NCBI RefSeq assembly: GCF_043950225.1
Contig: NZ_CP171637.1
Strand: one strand, 5' to 3'
From: Escherichia coli
GTDB taxonomy: Bacteria; Pseudomonadota; Gammaproteobacteria; Enterobacterales; Enterobacteriaceae
DNA: 32,000 nucleotides
Part shown: one piece after another, positions 31,458-32,000 of the stretch
How the letters are laid out: the number at the start of each line of letters is the position of its first letter
How positions within the stretch are numbered: the first letter of the stretch is position 1
The notes under the pieces: model-generated
Told to the model about the DNA's origin: nothing
The model's input: only the letters and a program-made list of their open reading frames with translations
Database searches by the model: none
Position numbers and translations under genes: made by a program

Positions 31458-32000
31458 GTGAAAAAGAATCGCCATCAATGAAAGCGTTACGCATTGTCTA
31501 TGGTGATGAGGTCATCGTCGTACAGTGTGTTCCGCGTCAGGTCGTAAAGGGCAGGGTGCTCATTAAGGTTTATCCGGACTGCCGGGTTGTGGCCTCTGTA
31601 CCGCCTGAAACACCGGAGCACGAGGTATTGTCTGCGCTGAAAAAACGTGGGCGCTGGATATACCAGCAACTGCGTGATTTCAGGGAGCAACAGATACACA
31701 TTGTTCCGCGTCAGTATGTCAGCGGAGAAAGCCATTATTATCTCGGTAAGCAATATCAGTTGAAAGTGACAGAAGACGCTACTGTGCCGCAACGAGTGAA
31801 AATGTTGCGTGGGCGTCTGGAAGTGACTGTCAGACACAAATCGGCAGAAAAGATTAAAGCCTTGCTGGCTGAATGGTATCGGGAACGTGCCAGAGATGTT
31901 TTTCAGCGCAGGCTTGATTTACTGATTCCGCAGACCCTTTGGGTCAGTGAGCGTCCTCCGATACGTCTGCGGGCGATGCAAACGCAATGGGGTAACTGTT
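31454..32000 (+). CDS. YgjP-like M48/DUF45 metallopeptidase, truncated by the window end
   Basis: ATG overlaps the hsdR stop (ATGA); frame stays open to the end and finishes ...PIRLRAMQTQWGNC, the conserved WG(S/N)C stretch preceding HExxH in this family. The HExxH is outside the window. Confidence 0.75.
   Translation, partial: MSEKESPSMKALRIVYGDEVIVVQCVPRQVVKGRVLIKVYPDCRVVASVPPETPEHEVLSALKKRGRWIYQQLRDFREQQIHIVPRQYVSGESHYYLGKQYQLKVTEDATVPQRVKMLRGRLEVTVRHKSAEKIKALLAEWYRERARDVFQRRLDLLIPQTLWVSERPPIRLRAMQTQWGNC

Larger units (their letters stand above)
9367..32000. mobile_element. Integrated pipolin (mobile element encoding a primer-independent family B DNA polymerase), left end at the 3' end of tRNA-Leu; right end outside the window
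   Basis: tRNA-Leu junction, two tyrosine recombinases, AlpA/Xis-like HTH, family B DNA polymerase with no phage structural genes, RM cargo. E. coli pipolins are known to insert at a tRNA-Leu gene. Confidence 0.9.

Noticed and set aside
9367-32000. CRISPR array, retron or prophage structural genes
   Set aside because: No regularly spaced repeats, no reverse transcriptase motif (YADD) and no terminase, capsid or tail proteins were found in the ORFs read.

Overview
The window is an Escherichia coli-type chromosome segment. The left part (1 to ~9.37 kb) is ordinary backbone: fliA (3' end) - fliZ - tcyJ/fliY - dcyD - tcyL/yecS - tcyN/yecC - sdiA - yecF(-) - uvrY - uvrC - pgsA - tRNA-Gly - tRNA-Cys - tRNA-Leu(UAA). 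From the tRNA-Leu gene to the window end (at least 22.6 kb, right boundary not in view) it reads as an integrated mobile element of the pipolin class. Its hallmark is an 866-aa family B DNA polymerase (16588..19188, -) with intact 3'-5' exonuclease and polymerase motifs, matching the primer-independent piPolB group. Accompanying genes are two tyrosine recombinases, an AlpA/excisionase-like HTH whose gene overlaps a 212-aa unknown gene just upstream of piPolB, and a putative UDG-superfamily protein. Cargo includes a type I restriction-modification operon (hsdM-hsdS-[YecA-like SEC-C protein]-hsdR-[YgjP-like metallopeptidase, truncated by the window]). It also includes a WYL-domain regulator split by an in-frame TAG next to a DUF726-like alpha/beta hydrolase, a second WYL/DeoR HTH remnant, a DUF2787-like protein and several orphan ORFs. 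Pipolins at tRNA-Leu in E. coli are already described. The least explained parts are the 212-aa piPolB neighbour, the two large orphan ORFs at 21.5-24.4 kb, the WYL/hydrolase pair, and the YecA-like gene inside the RM operon. All family calls come from reading the sequence and remembered families; no searches were run.
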